Positions 28,201 through 36,388 of a DNA stretch of 64,000 bases are shown here, piece by piece. Made by a program: the position numbers and the translations under genes. The notes beneath the pieces were generated by a model that saw only the letters and a program-made list of their open reading frames with translations, was not told where the DNA came from and did not search any database. Origin of the DNA: an uncultured Candidatus Saccharibacteria bacterium (GTDB lineage Bacteria > Patescibacteriota > Minisyncoccia > Phycocordibacterales > PALSA-1337); the NCBI GenBank assembly GCA_964561875.1, contig CAZLQL010000002.1:23613-87612 (forward strand), in the 5' to 3' direction. How positions within the stretch are numbered: position 1 is the stretch's first letter; each line of letters starts with the position of its first letter.

Positions 28201-28875
28201 AAACCTATTGAAAATAAACCAATTGAAACAACAGTTGATAAGAACAATCAGGTAAATATACCAGTTGGTCAAGTGCCAAAGGCTGTAGAATCTATGCCAG
28301 CGCCTGACACTGGATTACAAAACCTAAATCCAGTACAAACAACTATACCTATTATAAATACCAATACAAACACTAATACCAATACTAATTCTAATCCTAA
28401 TCCTAATACACAAAACACACCTGCAAACACAGACAATTCAAGTTCTAAATATGTAAAAGCATTAAATGGTTTTATTCCAAAAGGTGGAGATTCTAGTGCG
28501 GATGCTTCAAGGGTATCTGTGGATGAAGACAAGGCTTCCGCAAATTCATATTCTTCTGGATCATATAACGGCAATTCAAATGACTGGGTTTGGGATCTTA
28601 ATATCAATACTCCATCAGACAGAAAAATATATAATATAAGAATAACAGATGGAGAAAGTACATGGTCTACAAATGAGGATATTTATTGGCCACTGGTTGC
28701 ATTTAAAGATGGGAAACAAATGCATACAACAAGATCTGATCCTTTTATGATAACTGTGCCAGGGTTAAATAAAATCAGACTCTATGGACAGCAAAAAACT
28801 GCGTCATATAAAACAGTAAAAATATTTATAAACTTTGATCAGACAGACTATATAGAGGTAAGTAATGTGAGGTAG
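25267..28875 (+). CDS. Large surface protein with G8 domain and right-handed beta-helix repeats
   Basis: N-terminal TM, SGNWSD..IKGKLSF (G8-like), RGHMMF, DLGRT, IGRYPIHAHH, NNVVVGAEGSGI; Asn/Thr/Pro linker. Confidence 0.8.
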   Translation: MNKSNDRVLIPVLFLIIVFVFITIFKIGGINISGINHKAMVHEGMSITFKDSYQPSFLSNLISRVGLSSAYTALSGASNGKISYIEVVQHDDMAQLKSSEYNKIRKDYVPDYANIATVAAKSSGNWSDVFSGYTFDQSTIVLIPEGISINYDIDNNVLIKGIAIKGKLSFDQNKNTNLKIGTIVLYPSGTYEDKPSSSVSHKITFSGEIDKNIDPFQMTIGLVSIGGRVDIYGKDIKEYSKIVSANSNSITVENASGWKSGDSIIVYESAKLNKASLKQQILNISSVQGNQITLNNSIVGGVGKFAILATRNVTFQSDSKGDRGHMMFLGDTLVSIKNIAVIDLGRTTTSATVSVKKVGDTYIPGDNQIGRYPIHAHHLQKKFVIEGSIVYGSRDENIFYYKNLSRRFVNNTPLSVYISTGKDPLGDQMESVVWPTSHDIVASSNGRWWFLYNPVGEMPAPTAEATGFAPYKTRIGSNNDVEILDSNNNWVKTGWIKYKAVIKNGKIYGDGTVDSRISVIDTPIASPKWGIVSHNSYGDIKNNVVVGAEGSGITTEEGLESGIIDSNLVVGLGGGTGEHDDKRWWGFGLKKLDLGYGGVAFWHASMVPEITNNIADGLFRFGVYVVYHPYDVNGAVPSINNSNQYSFPNIPGMPYQLTNYKGFTNGIMKFENNTSYAESGHDASSLMLINIGSSDIETTNPYNVVSNFTAYHKGMTVISMAPITFTGLRLYGDGVGTGINAGDTEYSLINSEVKYFSKGINYDRHSLSIIDSVVDHVQTNSQAQGKIYYDSLSKKRDRISKNKDTYTKEAIKENKDANFIAVLDHDNVFNAINKDESLKGWATIDIDKEKQTVTMKWNLHDGNSPIINIDVVVPSNDIGIPAIIPNKLKRVFMVSQDNTKYSGSYVVTKADIESGRYFPGKYNGAKPLTFEEFISYLNKGMVEIRFITNHINFVDSGAWIEAQGSFVKYKGVSNSDDVKPIENKPIETTVDKNNQVNIPVGQVPKAVESMPAPDTGLQNLNPVQTTIPIINTNTNTNTNTNSNPNPNTQNTPANTDNSSSKYVKALNGFIPKGGDSSADASRVSVDEDKASANSYSSGSYNGNSNDWVWDLNINTPSDRKIYNIRITDGESTWSTNEDIYWPLVAFKDGKQMHTTRSDPFMITVPGLNKIRLYGQQKTASYKTVKIFINFDQTDYIEVSNVR
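28852..28873 (+). repeat. 22-nt direct repeat, copy 1 (copy 2 at 31231-31252)
   Basis: ATAGAGGTAAGTAATGTGAGGT, exact match. Confidence 0.9.
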
Positions 28876-28980
28876 AAGGTGTGGTTAAATAAGAAATAAA
28901 GTGTATTGAATTTTGAGTATAAAAAATAACCCCACAGAACGTTTGTGTTCCGTGGGGCCGAGCTAGCAAATTAATTTTTA

Positions 28981-29445
28981 CTATCCTAATATGTGACGTT
29001 CGATATCGAGCCAGCTTTCGACTCGAGTGGTGCTTGAGAGCTCCGCTTGCCATTTTTCAGCATCTTCCTGATTCGCTTGGAAAAGTAATCGATGGGTAAT
29101 AAAAGGCATATGACTCATGACTTCCGGTCGGTCGTCAATGAAATGAGTGATTCCAAGACGATGACAGATCGGAGCTTTGTCACGACGCTCTGCGCAGAAA
29201 TGGAGGTGGTCTGTGGCGATTCCGACAGACTGGAGAAATCGAGTCGAGCGTAGCCAAGCCTCAGCTCTGACTTGTTGTTCAGGAGTTACTCGTGAGATGA
29301 TATGCACCCTCTCACCGAATTTCTCTGATACAAGCCTTCGAATGACTCGATCTGCATCTGGGAGTAGAACTTGCATACCGTTTACACGGTGCACAATGGT
29401 TCTTCCCAGATCGATACCAAGAGCATTTTCAGTTTTTATTTCCAT
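28981..29445 (-). CDS. HAD-superfamily-like protein
   Basis: LGIDLGRTI, HFIDDRPEV. Confidence 0.7.
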   Translation of the reverse strand: MEIKTENALGIDLGRTIVHRVNGMQVLLPDADRVIRRLVSEKFGERVHIISRVTPEQQVRAEAWLRSTRFLQSVGIATDHLHFCAERRDKAPICHRLGITHFIDDRPEVMSHMPFITHRLLFQANQEDAEKWQAELSSTTRVESWLDIERHILG

Positions 29446-30313
29446 ACTTTTTTATCCAAGTTCTGATTTCTGGCAGGTGATGCAGGTGGGTGACAAGTGT
29501 GCAGTAAGGATCGTGAGTTATTTTTCGAATGAGTACAGGGTCAAATTCCTCGATCGTTTCTCCTACGTGCAGGAAGCACAATCCAAGTTGTTTCGATAGA
29601 CCGAGCGGGGCTATCAGGTCCCAAGGTGTCTCGAAGTGTGGTCTAACAATCACTGCTCCAACTTCACCCTTCCAGACCTTGGCAAATACCGCTCCGATAC
29701 TTCCAGCAGCTACCTCAGCGTTCTTGAAGAGACCGCTATCAGTTAGGTCTACCATTCTCTGGACAATCTCTGGGTATGCAGTAGGTAGATCCTTGAGAAC
29801 AACATATTGTTTCTTGAGTGGTCGCTTTATATCCGGCTTGAGTAAAAGTCTCTTACCGAAACGAAGTCGAGTCCCCACATCTCTAGTTCCTTTAGCGAAA
29901 CCATAGATTTCTTCGGTATTGATATCTCCAATGTAAGTTGCAATCACTTTGCCATCACAGACGAGGCCCAACATAGTGGTAACTCCTTGCGAGGTATTGA
30001 GTGCGTAGGATTTGGTTCCATCGACCGGGTCGACAGTAAACCAGATATCGTGTTTGCTGTCAGTGCAAGGAATATCCAATTCCTTTTCCTCAGCAATGAT
30101 ACCGAAAGTAGGGAAGCGTTTTCGAAGTTCCCGGATATACATCTGTTGAGCTTTGAGATCACCACTGGTGACCACATCCTCTTTGATGCCATCGTAGGCC
30201 CTCTTGTCGTGGATAACTGTTTTGTGCGATTCGGTACGGATGATAGCGATCGCTTTTCTGACGATGGCGATCATATCATTCCGAATTCGTCTCATATTTG
30301 GTATATTTTTCAT
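29429..30313 (-). CDS. Inositol monophosphatase/FIG-family phosphatase
   Basis: VTSGDL, IIAEE, VDPVDGTKSY, PWD. Confidence 0.85.
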   Translation of the reverse strand: MKNIPNMRRIRNDMIAIVRKAIAIIRTESHKTVIHDKRAYDGIKEDVVTSGDLKAQQMYIRELRKRFPTFGIIAEEKELDIPCTDSKHDIWFTVDPVDGTKSYALNTSQGVTTMLGLVCDGKVIATYIGDINTEEIYGFAKGTRDVGTRLRFGKRLLLKPDIKRPLKKQYVVLKDLPTAYPEIVQRMVDLTDSGLFKNAEVAAGSIGAVFAKVWKGEVGAVIVRPHFETPWDLIAPLGLSKQLGLCFLHVGETIEEFDPVLIRKITHDPYCTLVTHLHHLPEIRTWIKKYGNKN

Positions 30314-30365
30314 TCAATGTCCTTTCTGTTTCTACTATATGTTACTATCTTTAAAATTGCTGTGT

Positions 30366-30461
30366 TTGTATAAAATCTTGTATAGGTTTACACTTATTTG
30401 TATAAGTTTATTGAAAAATATAGGTAAATATGGTAGATTAGTTGTATAAAATAATTACAAC
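30366..30461. promoter_or_regulatory. Candidate operator array in the divergent IMPase/TrmB promoter region
   Basis: TTGTATA at 30366, 30378, 30398 and 30442; inverted repeat GTTGTA-N9-TACAAC at 30441-30461. Confidence 0.45.
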
Positions 30462-30470
30462 TTATTATAT

Positions 30471-31190
30471 ATGTCAAAACACATATTAGAAAAAATTGGT
30501 TTTCTGGGTCATGAAAAAGAAATCTATCTTGCTCTTTTAGGTGTTGGTTCGTCTTCAGTTTCTGAATTAGTTCGTAAAACAGGTATTCATCGTCCTACGG
30601 TTTACAAAACACTAGCACTTCTTATTGATAAGGGTCTTGTACGCATCATGCCAGTTGGGAAATATAAAAAATATGTTGCTGAGTCGCCAGAACATTTAGA
30701 AACAATTTTTAAAGAACTTGAAGCCGATTTTACTTCAGAGATATTTGATCTAAAGGATATGTATGAAAGTAGAGATAAAAAGCCACGAATTACTTTTGTA
30801 GAAGGGTCAAAGGGTATTACTCAAGTCTTTTCTGATGTGGTTCATCGTCTCAAAAAAGGTGAAATGTACTTACGATATTCTTCACAAAAGGAATTGGATG
30901 TAAAAACATTTGTACCAAAGGACTATCGAGAGGTGAGAGATCGAAAAGGACTTGAACGCCTTATCATTACCAATGAACCGACCAAGAAACGTCATAGTAA
31001 AAAATTAGGTAGGGAAATCAAAGTTATTCCTCCTGATTTTGATTTGTTTGAATACAATATTTCACAGATTATTTATGCTGATAGAGTAGCTTTTATTGAT
31101 TACAATACAAAAACGTCAATCACCATAGAAAATCCTATTTTTGCTGAATTTCAAAGAAAGATTTTTAAGTTGTTATTCAAGAAGCTTTAA
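30471..31190 (+). CDS. TrmB-family transcriptional regulator
   Basis: N-terminal wHTH EKEIYLALL..RPTVYKTLALLIDKGLV; KPRITFVEG; IYADRVAFI. Confidence 0.88.
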   Translation: MSKHILEKIGFLGHEKEIYLALLGVGSSSVSELVRKTGIHRPTVYKTLALLIDKGLVRIMPVGKYKKYVAESPEHLETIFKELEADFTSEIFDLKDMYESRDKKPRITFVEGSKGITQVFSDVVHRLKKGEMYLRYSSQKELDVKTFVPKDYREVRDRKGLERLIITNEPTKKRHSKKLGREIKVIPPDFDLFEYNISQIIYADRVAFIDYNTKTSITIENPIFAEFQRKIFKLLFKKL

Positions 31191-31230
31191 AATGAGTCAA
31201 AACAAAACAAATCTTGCGAGTTGTTTGTTC

Positions 31231-31252
31231 ATAGAGGTAAGTAATGTGAGGT
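31231..31252 (+). repeat. 22-nt direct repeat, copy 2
   Basis: Exact match to 28852-28873. Confidence 0.9.
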
Positions 31253-31326
31253 GGTTATAAAGTAATAACATTACAAATTATTTATCGATAAATTGATAAT
31301 AATTTATTATGTGATAAACTTTTTTT

Positions 31327-32019
31327 ATGTTTGATAATCCTACTTCTATTAGATATTTAGACGATAATACTATAAACCAGAGTACTAATAATGACTCGAT
31401 AAGAGCAAAATCCGCAGTTTTTGCAAGAAAAAGAAAAGTTGTATCGTATTATTTCGGTACACCTTTGCAGTCTGCTACTCACATAGCAGATGCTAATTTG
31501 GATCAATTTATAACAATACAAGGTGATAAAATTAATTATTTACAACCACCACGTCCAATAGTAAAAGGAGGTCTGAATGTTTCTTTTGGCCTAGGAGGGA
31601 ATTCACCACGTCATGCATGGAAGATTCCTTCAGTAATTTACGTTACCAAGAAATACATACTTATAACCCCATCAGAAGAACAGCTAAATGCTTCAAAGTT
31701 TATATACGGTATTAGTATTGCTATGACTTTCTTATTCCTACTATTAACAATACCTTTCACGTTTATTTTCGGTCCTATTTTCCTCATATTTTCTCTTTTA
31801 TGTATATCGTTACCTATCATCAAATCCTACCTCTTCTTTTTTAAGAAAAGTTACATATCTGTAGCCCCTATTGAAGTAATAAAAAATATAAATGTAGATG
31901 AAAAGACGATTACTGTTGATGGATTTTTTAATACTGGAATTCCATCATTCTTAAAATACAAAGTATCTGCTGAATTATACGTAGGAGACAATATTTCTTT
32001 TTTTAGAGACAATATTTAA
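31327..32019 (+). CDS. Hypothetical membrane protein
   Basis: 230-aa ORF with two adjacent hydrophobic helices. Confidence 0.7.
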   Translation: MFDNPTSIRYLDDNTINQSTNNDSIRAKSAVFARKRKVVSYYFGTPLQSATHIADANLDQFITIQGDKINYLQPPRPIVKGGLNVSFGLGGNSPRHAWKIPSVIYVTKKYILITPSEEQLNASKFIYGISIAMTFLFLLLTIPFTFIFGPIFLIFSLLCISLPIIKSYLFFFKKSYISVAPIEVIKNINVDEKTITVDGFFNTGIPSFLKYKVSAELYVGDNISFFRDNI

Positions 32020-32202
32020 ATTAATAGCTTCCGGTACAGTAGCTATTGACATATAGATTTTACTATGATATATCCATAAAGTAAGGTAAGTTCTTTGAAA
32101 GGTGTGTAGTTGAGTACGGAATAAGGGAAATAATTGACTTGCTGGCAATCGCTATGCGGATTAAATTCCTTTACTGTACTCAATACAAGAGAGAAACACA
32201 TC

Positions 32203-32436
32203 ATGAAAAAATTCGAAAAAAAATTGAAGGACGCCCTTAAGAAAATTGAGGGCAAGTCAGTCAGTCTTAGTGGCTCGAGCAACTGCATTCGCATTGTGCT
32301 CAAAGGTGGCAAAGAATACTGGGGAACGGTGAAAGAAGTCTGCAGTGACTCGTTCACGGTCTCGGTCTCGTATACGGGTGGCGGTCGTGAAAACATCGTC
32401 GTGCGTATGAGGGAAGTTGCTTCTTTCAGCGAGTGA
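32203..32436 (+). CDS. Small protein, possible Sm/LSm-like fold
   Basis: IRIVLKGGKEYWGTVKEV..SFTV..IVVRMREV pattern; ATG at 32203; downstream hairpin. Confidence 0.6.
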   Translation: MKKFEKKLKDALKKIEGKSVSLSGSSNCIRIVLKGGKEYWGTVKEVCSDSFTVSVSYTGGGRENIVVRMREVASFSE

Positions 32437-32460
32437 ACCCTAAAATCCAAAATCCTTAAC

Positions 32461-32490
32461 ACACCGCATGGTTAGCCCAGCGGTGTTTAC
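32461..32490 (+). terminator. Hairpin, 21/23 identical to the reverse complement of 13868-13890
   Basis: CACCGCATGGTTAGCCCAGCGGTGTTT. Confidence 0.6.
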
Positions 32491-32941
32491 TTTTGCTTAA
32501 ATATTCAAGTCTTTTGATATAATTTACTTTTATAGAATAGTTTTAAATAATGGCGAGAAAAACGTTGTAGTGGAAGACACTCTGGTGAATATCAAGGGTG
32601 CTTATACAGACATTTTACGACTTTCAACTCCCCAAATAGCTTCATCAGTCAAAACAAAACCACTCTTGCGAGTGGTCTGTTTTGTCTGTGGACACATACC
32701 GAAATACATCGAACCGCCTAAAAGACTATCTTTCTCGGTTCTGGCACTACTATCAAACTAGCCCTGATTTGCAAAAAGTCCTTGCAACAGCATGATAATC
32801 CAGTCCTGAAGTGGTCACAATAAGGGTATTGAATTCTTGTATTGCATTTCTGTACTGGCGCGTAATTTTTTTAAAAACAGATTATCCTGTAATTACATAC
32901 AAAAACGGTGAGTGATATTTTTATTGTTCACTTTATATTAG

Positions 32942-32970
32942 TTGACATAAAACTTTGCTGGATTTAGACT
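32942..32970 (+). promoter_or_regulatory. Sigma70 promoter for the GHKL ATPase gene
   Basis: TTGACA, 17-nt spacer, TAGACT. Confidence 0.6.
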
Positions 32971-33125
32971 ATTAGAGTCCTTGGTGAAGTATTGGTATCG
33001 CTAGTCGATATCGATCACAGACACTAATACAAATCTCTAATTGTATTTTATCTGCAAAACACCTCGCCAAGGGTGTTTATTAGTTTTTGGTATCTAGTTG
33101 GATATCGAAAATAGCAAAAATTATT

Positions 33126-34631
33126 ATGTTTATAAAAAATCACCCTAACGCAGCAAAACTCCTCTCCTCGTTGCGTAATACGGGATATGACAGCTATGCT
33201 GCTGTTGAGGACATTATTGATAATTCTATCGACGCTGATGCTCGAAGAATTAAGATCGGTATTAGTATTGTCGGAAAAGAGCCCCGCGTTACAATTGCTG
33301 ACGATGGATCAGGAATGACGAAAGAAATTCTTGATGAGGCTTTGAAGTTGGGATCAGAAACAGAAAAAGATGAGATGTCTGATCTTGGTAAATATGGCAT
33401 GGGTCTTTGTACTGCCTCAATCTCGATGGCGAAAAGACTTAAGGTTATTACTCGAAAAGTAGATGGTGGATATTGGTCAAGTGTCCAAGATCTCGATGAA
33501 GTCGTGAAAGCAAACGATTTTATTAAGGAGTTGCAAGAATCAGACAATGATGACATTGCTCTCTTTAAAGAATTGGTAGAGAGCGATCATGGAACCCTTG
33601 TTATCTTGAGCAAAATTGATCGCCTGTCAAACACAAATGTTTCTATTTTTGCGACTACTCTTTCAAAAGAAATCGGTCGTATATACAGAAAATTCATTGC
33701 AGCCGGTATTGAGTTCAGAGTAAATGATAAGAAGGTTGAAGGCATTGATCCCCTAATGCTTGATGTTGAAGGTACACAGGTTTATTCTGACGAAGAATAT
33801 GAGGTGCCATCACACAAAGGAAAAGAAAAGGTTAATGTGCGAGTTGTGTTTCTGCCAAGTGTAAATGAACAGCTTGAAAAGGAGTATAAAATGAATATCT
33901 CATCTCAAGGGTTCTATATACTAAGAAATAATCGTGAGATCGCTAATGGAGTTACACTTGATGTTTTTAAGAAGCACAACGATCTTAATAGATTACGTAT
34001 CGAGCTTTCTTTCACTTCAAATCTCGATAATGAGATGGGTGTTCGTTTCACAAAAGATGGCGTATCTCCTAATCAGGCCATAAGCGATTTCCTTAAACAA
34101 GAAATCGGTGGCCAGATTGAATCAATTAGAAAAACCGTTGTAAAAAGTCGTGTGACCGACAAATCAAAAGAAATAAACCACGAGGAGTCTGCTGCAGTTA
34201 TTGCGAAGAAATCTAAATTACTCATTACTCCAGACGCAATAATTGAACGTCGATCACCAAAAATAAATAAAAATAACAAGAAAGAAAAAACGGAAAAAGA
34301 CGAAACTCGTGATCGAGTACCAAAGGAGACAAGGATTTCTTCAAGTGGCTTAGGGGCAAGGTTCGAAACCCTTTCTATGGGAAGAGAAGGTGCTCTATAT
34401 GATTGTTATCAGGAAGGTAAGGTTGTTGTGATTCAATGGAATGTAGATCACCCATTTTACGAGAAAATCGTACTCGCGAATAAAGATCGAAAAGATTTGA
34501 CGGCGGGCATAGATTTCTTGATATATGCACTTGCTTCAGCGGAGTTGAAAACAACAAATGATGATAATGTAAAAATTATTAGCCAGATAAAAACAATAAT
34601 GTCCGGAAATCTAAAATCATTACTATCTTAA
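33126..34631 (+). CDS. GHKL (HSP90/MORC-like) ATPase
   Basis: SLRNTGY..AVEDIIDNSIDA, DDGSGM, LGKYGMGL, HGT; ATG at 33126. Confidence 0.88.
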   Translation: MFIKNHPNAAKLLSSLRNTGYDSYAAVEDIIDNSIDADARRIKIGISIVGKEPRVTIADDGSGMTKEILDEALKLGSETEKDEMSDLGKYGMGLCTASISMAKRLKVITRKVDGGYWSSVQDLDEVVKANDFIKELQESDNDDIALFKELVESDHGTLVILSKIDRLSNTNVSIFATTLSKEIGRIYRKFIAAGIEFRVNDKKVEGIDPLMLDVEGTQVYSDEEYEVPSHKGKEKVNVRVVFLPSVNEQLEKEYKMNISSQGFYILRNNREIANGVTLDVFKKHNDLNRLRIELSFTSNLDNEMGVRFTKDGVSPNQAISDFLKQEIGGQIESIRKTVVKSRVTDKSKEINHEESAAVIAKKSKLLITPDAIIERRSPKINKNNKKEKTEKDETRDRVPKETRISSSGLGARFETLSMGREGALYDCYQEGKVVVIQWNVDHPFYEKIVLANKDRKDLTAGIDFLIYALASAELKTTNDDNVKIISQIKTIMSGNLKSLLS

Positions 34632-34656
34632 TAGTCGGTGTGAATTAGAGATTAAA

Positions 34657-34684
34657 AGACCGCTAGTTATCTAGTGGTTTTTTT
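34657..34684 (+). terminator. Rho-independent terminator
   Basis: ACCGCTAG/CTAGTGGT stem followed by a T-tract. Confidence 0.55.
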
Positions 34685-34737
34685 AATACATGATTGAGTT
34701 TGTTGAAACGTCTCATGTTGTGTATAATATACATAAC

Positions 34738-35211
34738 ATGGCTACACAATCTAAAAATTTGTATAAGGCCGAAGACGTAGCAAAATATTTTATCTATCTA
34801 GGATCACAACAGGTTGTCGGCGACAACAAAGAAAGAGAGGGAGTAACAAATCTTAAACTCCAGAAGATACTTTATCTTGCTCAAGCGTATTTTCTTGCAA
34901 AAATTGGCAAGCCTCTTTTTGTTGATCCTATCGAAGCATGGGAGTTCGGTCCAGTTGTCCCAAATGTTTACCACAAGTTGAAGAGATATGGTAGTAACCC
35001 TATTATCGTCGAAAAAGATGAAAGCTCTGTGTTACCAGAAGATAAAGAAATTTTAGGTAAAGTTTGGGAAGCTTTTGGTGGCTATTCAGCTAGTCGTCTG
35101 GTTGATATTACTCACGCGCATACGCCTTGGAAAGAGGCTTATAATTCTTCGAATAAAGAAATTAGTAACAAAGCTATCGGTGAATATTATACGCCTTTGC
35201 TAAATAAATAA
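34738..35211 (+). CDS. Panacea (DUF4065/SocA/GepA-like) antitoxin
   Basis: TNLKLQKILYLAQ, IEAWEFGPV, THAHTPW. Confidence 0.88.
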   Translation: MATQSKNLYKAEDVAKYFIYLGSQQVVGDNKEREGVTNLKLQKILYLAQAYFLAKIGKPLFVDPIEAWEFGPVVPNVYHKLKRYGSNPIIVEKDESSVLPEDKEILGKVWEAFGGYSASRLVDITHAHTPWKEAYNSSNKEISNKAIGEYYTPLLNK

Positions 35212-35235
35212 TCCCTTGTATCGGTAAATACGGCC

Positions 35236-35637
35236 ATGGAAGAGATGATTACGCCTAGCAAGATAGATCTTAGATACGCTGAACACAAAGTCTTGTTTTT
35301 AATCTGCGACTGTTCTCTGGATAAACATTATTCATTTTGGAAACTCACGAGAGAACAAGCTGAAAAGTTTATTAAAAAACTTAGATACGTTGAGCAATTA
35401 ACGTGGTCTCAATTTTCAAATTTACCAAGAGATAGTACTGGTCCAACAGTAGAAAAGCAGAATACCGATAGTTTTAATATGATACATAATCAAAATACAT
35501 CAGCGGAAAAAATTGCTGAACAGTATTATTTTCATTTTCGAATTGAACCGAGAGGACTTTTTAGGGTTTTTGGATATCAGAAGAAACAATACTTTTGCAT
35601 AACCCATATTGATTACGAAGGAAGAATTCATCATTAA
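35236..35637 (+). CDS. Putative toxin paired with Panacea, possibly RelE-like fold
   Basis: Directly follows the antitoxin; C-terminal FHFRI..RVFGY..FCITHID beta pattern. Confidence 0.6.
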   Translation: MEEMITPSKIDLRYAEHKVLFLICDCSLDKHYSFWKLTREQAEKFIKKLRYVEQLTWSQFSNLPRDSTGPTVEKQNTDSFNMIHNQNTSAEKIAEQYYFHFRIEPRGLFRVFGYQKKQYFCITHIDYEGRIHH

Positions 35638-35703
35638 AAAATACACTGCGAATTCATATTTACAGAGAGATTAGAATATGTAGATAAAGAAGGTTGTCGA
35701 AGT

Positions 35704-35740
35704 AATAAAAAACACCAGCAAAAGCTGGTATTTTTTTATT
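35704..35740. terminator. Bidirectional terminator
   Basis: AAAAAACACCAGC-AAAA-GCTGGTATTTTTTT. Confidence 0.6.
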
Positions 35741-35871
35741 ACTGTGGAGATAGTCACGCAAAGTTGGAACCAACTCTATTCTTGGTTTTTTGAATCGTCT
35801 GGGCGATTATAGAAAGTAGGGAACATTGCGTATAAAAGAGAACTCCACAATAAGCAGAGCCTCTTGCGGAG

Positions 35872-36306
35872 TTATTGACCAAGATTTTTGATTCGTTCCA
35901 AGGTTTCGCGTCGTTCAATAGCTTGTCTCGTGATTTTCTGAACTACGTAAACGCATTTCCTCAGGTCAGCTTCACCCTCAGGGGTCGAACAAAGCCTCCG
36001 ATGAAGAACGTCTTTGGGAATTAGAAACGTTATATATTCCGCTAGGTCAGAAAGTGTTGCGTCTGATAAATTACGCAGCTCTTCCACCGTAAACCCTACA
36101 TCGCAGAATTCTTGCGAATCTTTTGCGACTTGAACCAGAAGCTCTTGATAGAGCTCCATTAGGTTTTCCTTCTGCCATGTTTCTAACTGATCCCAATCAT
36201 CAATATTGTCTCGATAGAGAGCAGTGACATCAGGAAGGAGGGTTGGAATGGACGCGATCTTTTTGAGCCCTATAAGCCAAGCCCTAACTTCTTCTTTGGT
36301 TTGCAT
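35872..36306 (-). CDS. Hypothetical helical protein
   Basis: Open frame from MQTKEEV; lies just downstream of ssrA. Confidence 0.6.
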   Translation of the reverse strand: MQTKEEVRAWLIGLKKIASIPTLLPDVTALYRDNIDDWDQLETWQKENLMELYQELLVQVAKDSQEFCDVGFTVEELRNLSDATLSDLAEYITFLIPKDVLHRRLCSTPEGEADLRKCVYVVQKITRQAIERRETLERIKNLGQ

Positions 36307-36388
36307 GTTTAAAACCTTTGGTTGGATTTTTACCAAAAAAAGCTGCTATTAAATATGATATCATATCTAGTAATAAATGTCAAATCTG

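Noticed and set aside
28350-28410. Asn-Thr/Asn-Pro 6-nt microrepeats
   Set aside because: Degenerate in-frame low-complexity linker, not a phase-variation tract or array.
32043-32462. 139-aa minus-strand ORF
   Set aside because: It overlaps the better-supported plus-strand gene at 32203, which has an ATG, upstream promoter motifs and a downstream hairpin.
32570-32761. 63-aa ORF
   Set aside because: It runs through a hairpin and an att-like scar and has no motif support.
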